A DNA stretch of 64,000 nt. Source: a bacterium. Its GTDB lineage: Bacteria > Hinthialibacterota > Hinthialibacteria > Hinthialibacterales > Hinthialibacteraceae. The notes beneath the pieces were generated by a model. The model was given only the letters and a program-made list of their open reading frames with translations, was not told the origin of the DNA and made no database searches. Both the position numbers and the translations under genes were made by a program. Of the stretch, positions 17,396 through 25,530 are shown piece by piece. Location: positions 1,280,001 to 1,344,000 of the forward strand of contig CAXXMV010000008.1 of NCBI GenBank assembly GCA_963662285.2. The letters run 5' to 3'. Each line of letters starts with the position of its first letter. Position 1 is the first letter of the stretch.

Positions 17396-17983
17396 ATGAA
17401 GGGAGTAATTATTACCATGTCTCAATCCCCAGAAACAATGAACCAAAGCAATCAAGCTCAGTCGATGGATGAAACGATCGAGCAACTTAAAAAAGCAAAA
17501 GAAATGCTCGAATCAAGTTCATCCAGTGATGATTCAGAGGACGAGAAAGCGAGTCTTGATGAGAAAGCGCTTCTATCATTAATCGATTGCTTACTCAAAG
17601 TGTGCAGTCACGTTCGTCTATCGGGACGCGCATTTCTTTCCGTAGCCAATTCACTGCATAAGATCGCCAATTTATCGTCGCCAAAATCGAAAAAACGAGT
17701 TGCGATTGAAGGAATTTTATCCGTACAACTCGCTTCGTTGGGTATGTTGGGATTTGAAACTATAGGCAGTGATGAATGGGAAGGCTCTGAATTGGATCTA
17801 TCCTGCCAACGCGTCCTTGAAAAACTGCCCGCAAATTCCAAGCGACCGCACAAAACTATCGTGAAATTTGAATCTTATGGGTTGAAATTAAACGGCTTGA
17901 TGATTTCACCTGCCGAGGTTGTCGCCGCCATAGATAAAGCTACGCCAAAGGAGAATGAAAACAATGACAATGACTCAGATTAA
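17396..17983 (+). CDS. Divergent GrpE-like nucleotide exchange factor
   Basis: Helical N-terminus; IEGILSVQLASLGM; C-terminal TIVKFESYGLKLNGLMISPAEVV resembles GrpE; overlaps the Hsp70 gene. Confidence 0.7.
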   Translation: MKGVIITMSQSPETMNQSNQAQSMDETIEQLKKAKEMLESSSSSDDSEDEKASLDEKALLSLIDCLLKVCSHVRLSGRAFLSVANSLHKIANLSSPKSKKRVAIEGILSVQLASLGMLGFETIGSDEWEGSELDLSCQRVLEKLPANSKRPHKTIVKFESYGLKLNGLMISPAEVVAAIDKATPKENENNDNDSD

Positions 17984-19565
17984 TCAACTCAAACGTTTCA
18001 AAAAAGGTGAGTTTCCTGTTGATCCTTATACTTGCTTTCTTGCCTTTGATTTTGGAAATTCCTCAACCAAGGTAATTCTTGTAAAGATACTTGAGAGCGG
18101 AGAAATCCTCTATCGTTTAGTCTTAGTTGATGGGTGTGAAACCTGCCCAAGCAAAGCCGTGGTGGGACCGGACAATGATTTAGTATTTGGATTAGAGGCA
18201 GTCAATTATATATTGACCGAAATAGTCGCATCGTACTCTGTTGGCAAGGATCAACTAGATCAACCCAATCAACCGAGCATTAGTACAATCGTTGATGCGA
18301 AAGATGCGAAAGATGCGAAAATTTTCAGGTCGCATGATGTTTATCGAAAGTACATAGCGTTTATTTTCGACAAAGTTAGCCAATCTATCGATTATCTGGC
18401 GTATTTGCTTCCTCTTTTCGTTTCGTGCCCCGCAAATTTCTCTTCACGGCAAAAAGGGATTTTTCTTGATACTTTGAAAAAATGTGGATGCGAAAATATC
18501 CTGGGATTAGAAAACGAACCGACTCAGGCATTCAAAAAAATTATCACACAAGAAAATATTCATGGAAATATTCTCATTTATGATATGGGAGGAGGGACAA
18601 CAGATGTTACTCTTGGTTATTATGATCCAGTAAAAAACGAATTTTCCATTCTTGAATCGCAAGCCTGTTCGATCGCTGGACATGATTTCACGCATATCAT
18701 TACCAATGAAGTTATCCAGAGACTTTTTCAAGGTGAGTCAATAGATCCATGTGTGAATACAAAGATTTTTTATGAAGCCGAAGCCGCCAAGGAATTTCTT
18801 TCTGAAAACATAAACGCTCCCATGTTGCTTCCGTATGGAAAGGATATTATTCCATTCGAATTTAGCCGTGATCTTTTTGAGTCGCTCTCAGCCGAAAAAC
18901 AAAGCAAAATTCTGAGTGAAATAGACCGGGTAATTAATGCGGGAAAACTCAATCATTCTCAGATTGATTTTGTCGTCATCACTGGTGGAGCGACTCTGAC
19001 TCCTTTTGTGCGCCGAGAAATCACGCAACATCTGCCTAACGCCCGGCCAATCTACAGTCATGCTCCATTATTCGATGTTGTTCAGGGAAACGCGATCTCA
19101 GGAGTGCATGTCCTTCAGCAAGAAAAGCAGCTAATTCTAAGTGGAATGTACTTGTCCCCTCCGAAAGTACGCAATATTCTTAATCACGATATAAGTATAG
19201 TAGTAACTAACTCCAGTGAAGAATACAAACGTCGCAATTTTTTGCTCATTCCCCAAAAAAAAGAACTTCCTGCTCAGGCTTCTATTTCAAGATTTTGCCC
19301 ACTATATGAAGGGCAAACTGAAGCCCATATACAAATAACAAAAGGGCTTCCTAATTCGGAATACGATCCTAAGGATCTGATTGGTGAAGCGGTTATCCCG
19401 CTCACTCCCGGCAACCTAAAACGAAAAGAACAGGTTGAAATTATCCCGTCCATCGACGAATCCAACGTTGTGACCATTATCGCTCGTGATTTTCTCTCTC
19501 CCAATCCAGAGGATCACGAAATCGTCATCAAACTTGACTATCTTTTGGAGGAAACAGCCGATTAA
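17955..19565 (+). CDS. Divergent Hsp70-family protein lacking the helical lid
   Basis: DFGNSST, CPANF, NEPTQA, YDMGGGTTD, EAAKEFLS, ITGGAT; SBD-beta remnants (GQTEAHIQI, IDESNVVTIIARD). Confidence 0.9.
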   Translation: MKTMTMTQINQLKRFKKGEFPVDPYTCFLAFDFGNSSTKVILVKILESGEILYRLVLVDGCETCPSKAVVGPDNDLVFGLEAVNYILTEIVASYSVGKDQLDQPNQPSISTIVDAKDAKDAKIFRSHDVYRKYIAFIFDKVSQSIDYLAYLLPLFVSCPANFSSRQKGIFLDTLKKCGCENILGLENEPTQAFKKIITQENIHGNILIYDMGGGTTDVTLGYYDPVKNEFSILESQACSIAGHDFTHIITNEVIQRLFQGESIDPCVNTKIFYEAEAAKEFLSENINAPMLLPYGKDIIPFEFSRDLFESLSAEKQSKILSEIDRVINAGKLNHSQIDFVVITGGATLTPFVRREITQHLPNARPIYSHAPLFDVVQGNAISGVHVLQQEKQLILSGMYLSPPKVRNILNHDISIVVTNSSEEYKRRNFLLIPQKKELPAQASISRFCPLYEGQTEAHIQITKGLPNSEYDPKDLIGEAVIPLTPGNLKRKEQVEIIPSIDESNVVTIIARDFLSPNPEDHEIVIKLDYLLEETAD

Positions 19566-19567
19566 AT

Positions 19568-19627
19568 TTCCGGCCCGAATGCCGTCCGGTGAATCCTTCA
19601 ATTCGCCGGACGTGATGCGAGTCAGAA
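19568..19627 (+). other. 60-nt structured intergenic element, copy 1
   Basis: 41/60 identical to 21894-21953, with compensatory base changes. Confidence 0.7.
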
Positions 19628-19651
19628 GAATATTCATTAACAAGAGAAAAA

Positions 19652-20440
19652 ATGAATCCTATATACACCATAACAGATATTCAAATCGCGTTGCAAGTCT
19701 TACGATTTAAGCCGACCGATATCCCCATCGATCCGGCGAAAATTAAGCGGCAAAAATCAGTATGTGTCAATATAATTTCTAGCGATTTTGCGAATGTCAA
19801 TCGCGCCTCTGGAGAGTGGGCGAACAAACAAAAAGAACTGAATGTTGCTTGCGCCATTCTGAATTCCACTTTCACTGTGATCAATGAGAATCCAGACAGT
19901 TATTTTAAAGATCAACCTTGCGCGGATTCTGCTACGCCGCGATCGAATTCTTCTCCGAATTATCAGCGGCCAAATCCAGAATACAACAATCCCCAGAACA
20001 CATCATACGCATATACGCAACCTCAACATGCTCCTCCATTTGAACCAGCTAGTGAGCATTATCAAGACCGAAGGATCATGCTGGCTGCTTCCATCTTTGT
20101 AACAATGATTCTTCTTATCGTTATGGTCTTGTTCAGGCAGCCTTCTGAACCGAAATATGGCTACCTTTATGTCGAAACAATCTTTTCGGAAAAATTTAAT
20201 TCAAAAATGTGGACTTATTTCTCTATCTATAAGAGTGGATTGCGTGGACAGCACGTAAATGACGCCGAGAGCAATCCGGTCGATCCGATCAGATTGCCTG
20301 TCGGCGCATATACATTGGTATTGCGCATCAAGCCAAATCCCTTGCGAATTAAAAACGTCAAGGTTCAACCCAATAAAGTAACACATATCGCCATTCGCGA
20401 TGATCAATATCAATCGAAATATGAGGAGATCAGACCATGA
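19652..20440 (+). CDS. Membrane protein with degenerate J-domain-like N-terminus and a C-terminal beta domain
   Basis: ALQVLRF...AKIKRQ...SSD...KQKELNVACAIL; P/Q/Y-rich linker; one TM; PEGA-like LPVGAYTLVL. Confidence 0.6.
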   Translation: MNPIYTITDIQIALQVLRFKPTDIPIDPAKIKRQKSVCVNIISSDFANVNRASGEWANKQKELNVACAILNSTFTVINENPDSYFKDQPCADSATPRSNSSPNYQRPNPEYNNPQNTSYAYTQPQHAPPFEPASEHYQDRRIMLAASIFVTMILLIVMVLFRQPSEPKYGYLYVETIFSEKFNSKMWTYFSIYKSGLRGQHVNDAESNPVDPIRLPVGAYTLVLRIKPNPLRIKNVKVQPNKVTHIAIRDDQYQSKYEEIRP

Positions 20441-21228
20441 ATAAGATTATTTCCCCAATCCTTCTAACAATCGCAATCATGATGAACACAGGATGTGTGA
20501 TAGTGCCAATCGCTGCTGCCGGTGCTGTTGGATTTCTTGGTGTCGCCATGCACGAACAAGGTAATTCAAATCCTGTGAAAAAGAAACGTTCATCCAATAA
20601 CAAACCGTCTCGTTCCGATGAATTAACGGAATTTAGAATCGTGTCAAGCGAAACGCCATCATACGCAGATCGTCCGGTAGGAACGCAAATACCAAAAGCG
20701 CAGCTTGCAAACATCACAACACTCAAGCCAGTTCAACCACCAGCGGCAAAGAGAAAATTCTCATCCGATTTGAGTTTATTAGAATCCCGTGAAACCAACG
20801 GATGGACGTCTCCAACGAATATTTCATTTGAAGCAGATCCACCAGTCTCTCATAAAACAAACAGTCAGATTGATTACTCTGATGACTCGAATGTGAATGT
20901 ATTTTCACAAGAAGATAGACGAAGCGATCTCTTACAAGCAGAAGAAGATAGAACCAATTTACGTGAAGCCGTTCAGTTGTTTAAGCAGTTCAAGTATGAC
21001 GCTGCCTGTCAGTTACTTGAACGAATCGATCAGCAATTTCTTTCAAACCATGAAAAGGAGGAAACCTTGTTTTACCTTGCTCTTACATCTTTGAAATTGC
21101 GTGAAAAACGAATGGCGCAAAGGTGGTTTTCACTTCTTATTGAAGAAAATCCCCACATTTTATCTTCACCATTAGCGAGGGATTTATCGCCATCGCAAAT
21201 CAGTTTTTTCAAACAAATGTTGTATTAA
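20437..21228 (+). CDS. Lipoprotein with C-terminal TPR-like repeats
   Basis: Lipobox-like NTGC; disordered middle; EAVQLFKQFKYDAA...TLFYLALTSLKL...AQRWF. Confidence 0.7.
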   Translation: MNKIISPILLTIAIMMNTGCVIVPIAAAGAVGFLGVAMHEQGNSNPVKKKRSSNNKPSRSDELTEFRIVSSETPSYADRPVGTQIPKAQLANITTLKPVQPPAAKRKFSSDLSLLESRETNGWTSPTNISFEADPPVSHKTNSQIDYSDDSNVNVFSQEDRRSDLLQAEEDRTNLREAVQLFKQFKYDAACQLLERIDQQFLSNHEKEETLFYLALTSLKLREKRMAQRWFSLLIEENPHILSSPLARDLSPSQISFFKQMLY

Positions 21229-21261
21229 TTAAAACCAATCACAAGACAAAGGAGCATCGAC

Positions 21262-21669
21262 ATGACGGATAACAATTTACCAACATTTTACATGACAGAA
21301 GACGAACTCATTCCTGAAGGCGTCTATCAAGCTGAATGCACCAAAGTGGAAAGCATCAAAGAGGGCAGATACATCAAGTTTACTTTCCGAATCTTGGATT
21401 TTAGCCTTGAGAAAAACTTTGCGAATGGACTCTGCGAAACACGAAGCAACCGATCTTCCAGTTTCGTACGCTGGGTTAGAACGCTTTCGGGTATTGAATT
21501 CTCTAAAGACCAATCCTTCAACTTGAATGAGTTGCAGCATGACATTATTGGGAACCATTGCTTTGTTCGGATCAAGCATAAAGAAAAAGACGACCGTGTC
21601 TTTGATAACGTCGTAGCGGTTTATCCGCACGATGATTCGCGATTTATAAAATCGTCAAAGGAGGAATGA
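21262..21669 (+). CDS. DUF669-like phage OB-fold (SSB-like) protein
   Basis: LIPEGVYQAECTKVE...IKFTFRI...DIIGNHCFVRIKH...FDNV. Confidence 0.65.
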   Translation: MTDNNLPTFYMTEDELIPEGVYQAECTKVESIKEGRYIKFTFRILDFSLEKNFANGLCETRSNRSSSFVRWVRTLSGIEFSKDQSFNLNELQHDIIGNHCFVRIKHKEKDDRVFDNVVAVYPHDDSRFIKSSKEE

Positions 21670-21893
21670 GACGAATGATTGTACCCGCTACCTTGAAAAA
21701 AGTCATAACGCCGGAAGGGAAAGTTTATTACGAGGGTTTTTTCCCTTCTTGTATATCCAAGAGCAAAGAGGATCTTAAAGTGATCGGTTACGATGAAGAA
21801 AATGTTCCATCTGAATTGCGTTCTATGGCGTCAAAAGTTCCAGCGAAAGATGGTCATTTTTATCTTTTCATTGAAGAACTGACCAAGAAGTGA
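21666..21893 (+). CDS. Hypothetical protein
   Basis: GGAGG RBS; ATGA overlap with previous gene. Confidence 0.6.
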   Translation: MRRMIVPATLKKVITPEGKVYYEGFFPSCISKSKEDLKVIGYDEENVPSELRSMASKVPAKDGHFYLFIEELTKK

Positions 21894-21953
21894 TTCCGTA
21901 CTGGATGGCCTTCGGTGAGGTAATCGCTTCGCCGGAGCCGATGCGAGACGGAA
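21894..21953 (+). other. 60-nt structured intergenic element, copy 2
   Basis: Homolog of 19568-19627. Confidence 0.7.
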
Positions 21954-21962
21954 TTATTATTA

Positions 21963-22196
21963 ATGAGTAATGAGATGAAGAAACAAGGCATCAATCCAAT
22001 ATGTGACGAATCTGATGTTCCTCTCAATATGAATATTGAGCAAGCCGCTCGTTATCTTAATACAACTCCCCGTCAGTTACGTGATCTCGTTCGCGATAAA
22101 ATTATTCCTCATTTTCGTGTTGGACGTTTGGTACGTTTCAACCGAAAAAAACTTGCTGAATGGGTTGAATCACGAATTGAAGAGCCCATCTTCTAG
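21963..22196 (+). CDS. Excisionase-like HTH protein
   Basis: MNIEQAARYL...IPHFRVGRLVRFNRKKLAEWV; next to the att/tRNA. Confidence 0.9.
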   Translation: MSNEMKKQGINPICDESDVPLNMNIEQAARYLNTTPRQLRDLVRDKIIPHFRVGRLVRFNRKKLAEWVESRIEEPIF

Positions 22197-22202
22197 CCTA
22201 AT

Positions 22203-22280
22203 TCAGTCATTTTGATTCCAACTAAAACAGAAAATCAGTCAAAAATCAGTCATTGCAAAAAATCAGTCAAAAATCAGTCA
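22203..22280. repeat. Putative integrase arm-type binding sites
   Basis: AAAATCAGTCA x4 as two tandem pairs (22231-22252, 22259-22280), plus TCAGTCA at 22203. Confidence 0.7.
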
Positions 22281-22351
22281 AAATGATATTTGCCGATTTC
22301 TCAGTTTTGGATAGCCGTTCGTAAAATGATGTTTTTGAGGGGTTTAGAAAG

Positions 22352-22424
22352 TGGGCCATATAGGAATTGAACCTATAACCTGCCGATTAAGAGTCGGATG
22401 CTCTGCCAATTGAGCTAATGGCCC
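22352..22424 (-). tRNA. tRNA-Lys (anticodon CTT), CCA not encoded
   Basis: GGGCCAT/ATGGCCC acceptor stem, GCTC/GAGC D-arm, CT-CTT-AA anticodon loop, TTCAATT T-loop. Confidence 0.96.
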
Positions 22425-22723
22425 ATGGATGAATTCTTGAGTATAACTGTATAATTACTTGTTTCGTAAAAGGTTATTGTCGATAAAAGCATAAAACGGG
22501 AATTGCAACAATTAAGTATGTTAATAAGAGGTTTTTATTTGTCAACCATAAGTTAAGCCTGAAAGTGTTAATTATAGAAAAATTAACTCCTTATCATTTC
22601 TGCATTGCCGAACTAGTCATTCGGTAAATAAGAACTTATACTTCAAAAAACGTTTAAATTAATCTACTTTGTGCTATATTACACTCGATCTAATTTTATT
22701 ATAGTCGGGTTGGCTGGTGAACT

Positions 22724-23179
22724 ATGCTGTCACGCTTAATTGAAATGGTCAGTTTTATCTTGGCTAAGACCCTTGAATTTGAAGAGGACGATTGGGGTCT
22801 TTTACGGACGGAACTGACTGAACAACTCGAGGTTCGAGGCTTCAACGGCAATGAAATAGATATTGCTTTCGAGGTTGCCAATCGCATTCGTACGCGTGTT
22901 GAAGATGGACCTTTACTATCTTTCCCTATAAAAACCAATCGGGTTTATCAATTGCTGGAACAGATGAGGCTCTCGCGTGAATCTCGCGGCTACTTGATTA
23001 AAATGATGCAAGAGGGATTATTGACTCCCCAACAGCGTGAAGATGTTGTGGAACGCGCTTTCCTGCTGGATACGCATGAGGTCGAATTCGAAGATATCCA
23101 ATACCTGGTCAATCAGGTTTTGGGTGGAGATGTCTGGCCGGGAGAAGATTCTGCGGCTATGTCTTATGTAATTCAATAA
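22724..23179 (+). CDS. Smg / DUF494 family protein
   Basis: GF...EI..AF; RVY...E..RL..ESRGYL; LT..QRE.V.ERA. Confidence 0.85.
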   Translation: MLSRLIEMVSFILAKTLEFEEDDWGLLRTELTEQLEVRGFNGNEIDIAFEVANRIRTRVEDGPLLSFPIKTNRVYQLLEQMRLSRESRGYLIKMMQEGLLTPQQREDVVERAFLLDTHEVEFEDIQYLVNQVLGGDVWPGEDSAAMSYVIQ

Positions 23180-23298
23180 TTGTTCATGGTTATTCTGCAC
23201 CAAATATAATATAATTGATATTCATATCAAACCTTACCGCTCTCGAAATTATATCAATCTGCGTATACAATTCTTGTTCCTGAAGAAGCATTTCTGAA

Positions 23299-24429
23299 AT
23301 GGAGGAGGCGATTGCGTTGGAATCCAAAAATAATGATCCTGTTTCGTTCGAAGAGCAAATGAGCCAATTAAGGCAATCGATTGATTCGATAGATTGCCGC
23401 ATTCTTGATCTACTTAACGAAAGAGCAAAAGTCGCTAAAGAAGTAGGGCGAGTCAAAAATAATTATAAATCTGAGTATTACGTTCCTGCCCGTGAAAAAG
23501 CCATTCTGGCGCGTCTACGGGAGAAGAATCAGGGGCTTCTGCAAGGAGAAGCCATTGAATCGGTTTTTCTGGAAATCATCAGCGCCTGCCGCGCTCTGGA
23601 AACCAATCTTCATATTGCTTATCTCGGTCCGGAAGGTACTTTTCACCATAGCGCCGCCCAGGCTTATTTTGGCCGTTCAGCTGAATTTATTCCTGTCGAA
23701 ACCATACGGGGCGTGTTTCATGAAGTTGAATGTCGCCGGGTGGATTATGGGATTGTGGCTATAGAAAATTCCATTGAAGGCAGCGTTGGTCAGACCTTGG
23801 ACTATCTGGCTCATTCCAATAACCATGTGATTGGCGAAGTCTATATCCCCATTTCTCATAACTTGATAAGTCAAGCTGAATTGCATGACATTGAACGGGT
23901 ATATGCTCACCCCCAGGCCATTGCGCAGTGCAGACGTTGGTTGGAATCAAATCTACCTAAAGCCCAATTGATTGATTCTTCAAGTAATGCAGTTGGCGTT
24001 CAGCGTTGCGTTGATGATAAAACATCGGCTGCTATCGCCGGCAACCTGGCGGCGGAAAAATATGGCGTGGCCATTCAAGTGCGGGGCATCGAAGATGTTG
24101 CGGGAAACACCACGCGCTTCTTTGTTATCAGTTCGACTCCCTCGGAGCGCTGCCAAAACGCCAAAACCTCTATGGTGGTTTTCCTGCGGGATCAGGTTGG
24201 GGCGCTGTACTCTATGCTCGAGCCATTCAAAAAGCATGCTATCAACTTGACCAATATCGTTTCGCGCCCCACCAAACAACAGGCCTGGCAATATATGTTC
24301 TTCATTGAATGTTTGGGTTATGTTGAAGATCAACAACTGGTCAATGCGCTGGATGATATTAAATCTAATAGTTTATACGTGAAGATTCTCGGTTCTTATA
24401 CCCAGGAGAGTTCTTCTATTAAAGCATGA
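23299..24429 (+). CDS. pheA: Chorismate mutase / prephenate dehydratase (P-protein)
   Basis: LRQSIDSID, YLGPEGTF, ENSIEGSV, NTTRF, ACT domain. Confidence 0.96.
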   Translation: MEEAIALESKNNDPVSFEEQMSQLRQSIDSIDCRILDLLNERAKVAKEVGRVKNNYKSEYYVPAREKAILARLREKNQGLLQGEAIESVFLEIISACRALETNLHIAYLGPEGTFHHSAAQAYFGRSAEFIPVETIRGVFHEVECRRVDYGIVAIENSIEGSVGQTLDYLAHSNNHVIGEVYIPISHNLISQAELHDIERVYAHPQAIAQCRRWLESNLPKAQLIDSSSNAVGVQRCVDDKTSAAIAGNLAAEKYGVAIQVRGIEDVAGNTTRFFVISSTPSERCQNAKTSMVVFLRDQVGALYSMLEPFKKHAINLTNIVSRPTKQQAWQYMFFIECLGYVEDQQLVNALDDIKSNSLYVKILGSYTQESSSIKA

Positions 24430-24497
24430 TCTCTTTGTCTGATTATTGTTCTGGATGCTTATATTCTGTGATTGAGAGTGAAAATTAAAATAAAGTT

Positions 24498-25382
24498 ATG
24501 GATATTCTTCCATTTAAGAGAATCGGGATTTATGGCGTCGGCCTTCTGGGCGGCTCCTTAGGTTTAGCGCTCAAAGCATCCTCTTTGGATGTTGAAATTA
24601 CCGGCATTGGACGGTCTGAAGAACGCCTTCAAATGGCCTTGGATAAAGGCGTTATTGATAGTTTCACCTGTGATCCGGGCAGTGTATCTCCTTTGCTGGA
24701 TGCCCTGGTTCTTTGCACGCCGGTTCGCCTGGCGCCTACAGCCTTGATTTCAACTTTACCATCTCTAACCGATGATGCTGTGATTACGGATGTCGGCAGC
24801 ACTAAGAATATGCTGGTTCGCGCTTGTGAAGCAGCTGCGGGCGAGCGCTTTTTTGTGGGATCGCATCCCATGGCCGGGTCGCATAAAACCGGAGTATGCG
24901 CTGCGCGGGCTGACCTGTTTGACAATAAAATTTGCGTTGTTACCGAAACGGAACATTCCAATGCTCCTTCGGTTGATGCTATAGCCCAGTTATGGGAATT
25001 GATTGGCATGCGCGTTATCCGAATGAGTCCTGATGAACATGACCGTTTGGCGGCCCATTCCAGCCATCTGCCCCACATCATTGCAGCGGCCATGTGCCAT
25101 GCCGCCTCAACTCAGGGTAAAGATATTGAGATGCTGTTAGGAGATGGTTTCCGGGATTCAACTAGAATAGCCCTGGGCGATCCTGACATGTGGGTTGATA
25201 TATGCATCGAAAACCGTGAACCAATCTTAAGCGCCATTGAGTCGCTCCAATCGGTTCTCTCTGATTTCTATGAAGCCATAGACGCTGCAGACGAGAACGC
25301 TATCCGTGATTTTCTGACCGAAGCCAGGGATTGGAAAAAACAAAATAAGTGCTTTCTCCACATCCAAAAAGAGCAAGAATAA
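24498..25382 (+). CDS. tyrA: Prephenate dehydrogenase
   Basis: GVGLLGGS, TDVGSTK, HPMAGS, HD...SHLPH, GFRDSTRIA. Confidence 0.95.
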   Translation: MDILPFKRIGIYGVGLLGGSLGLALKASSLDVEITGIGRSEERLQMALDKGVIDSFTCDPGSVSPLLDALVLCTPVRLAPTALISTLPSLTDDAVITDVGSTKNMLVRACEAAAGERFFVGSHPMAGSHKTGVCAARADLFDNKICVVTETEHSNAPSVDAIAQLWELIGMRVIRMSPDEHDRLAAHSSHLPHIIAAAMCHAASTQGKDIEMLLGDGFRDSTRIALGDPDMWVDICIENREPILSAIESLQSVLSDFYEAIDAADENAIRDFLTEARDWKKQNKCFLHIQKEQE

Positions 25383-25429
25383 GAACGTATTCAGAATTAC
25401 CCATCCACAATATACATAAAATCCATAGG

Positions 25430-25447
25430 CAATGTCATTAACTTAAG
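25430..25447. mobile_element. Solo IS4-type terminal inverted repeat
   Basis: CAATGTCATTAACTTAAG, 17/18 match to the reverse complement of 62849-62866. Confidence 0.5.
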
Positions 25448-25530
25448 TTGTTTGACAATTCCCCTCATGCTAGTCACGGCCCTGAGCAGGAGAGAGTTTG
25501 GTTGTCCGACACTATTCGTTAGACAAAATA

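Larger units (their letters stand above)
1..22351. mobile_element. Integrated element (genomic island / ICE- or IME-like), right part, inserted at the 3' end of tRNA-Lys; left boundary outside window
   Basis: Abuts tRNA 3' end; excisionase-like HTH and arm-type repeats adjacent; mostly hypothetical or MGE-type genes; housekeeping genes resume immediately past the tRNA. Confidence 0.85.

Noticed and set aside
17955-19565. Calling this the housekeeping dnaK
   Set aside because: Signature motifs are too divergent, the lid is absent, and it lies inside a mobile element.
19568-21953. Twin hairpins as integron attC sites
   Set aside because: No RYYYAAC/GTTRRRY ends and no integron integrase in the window.
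1-22351. Prophage
   Set aside because: No terminase, portal, capsid, tail or lysis genes in view; cannot be excluded for the part outside the window.
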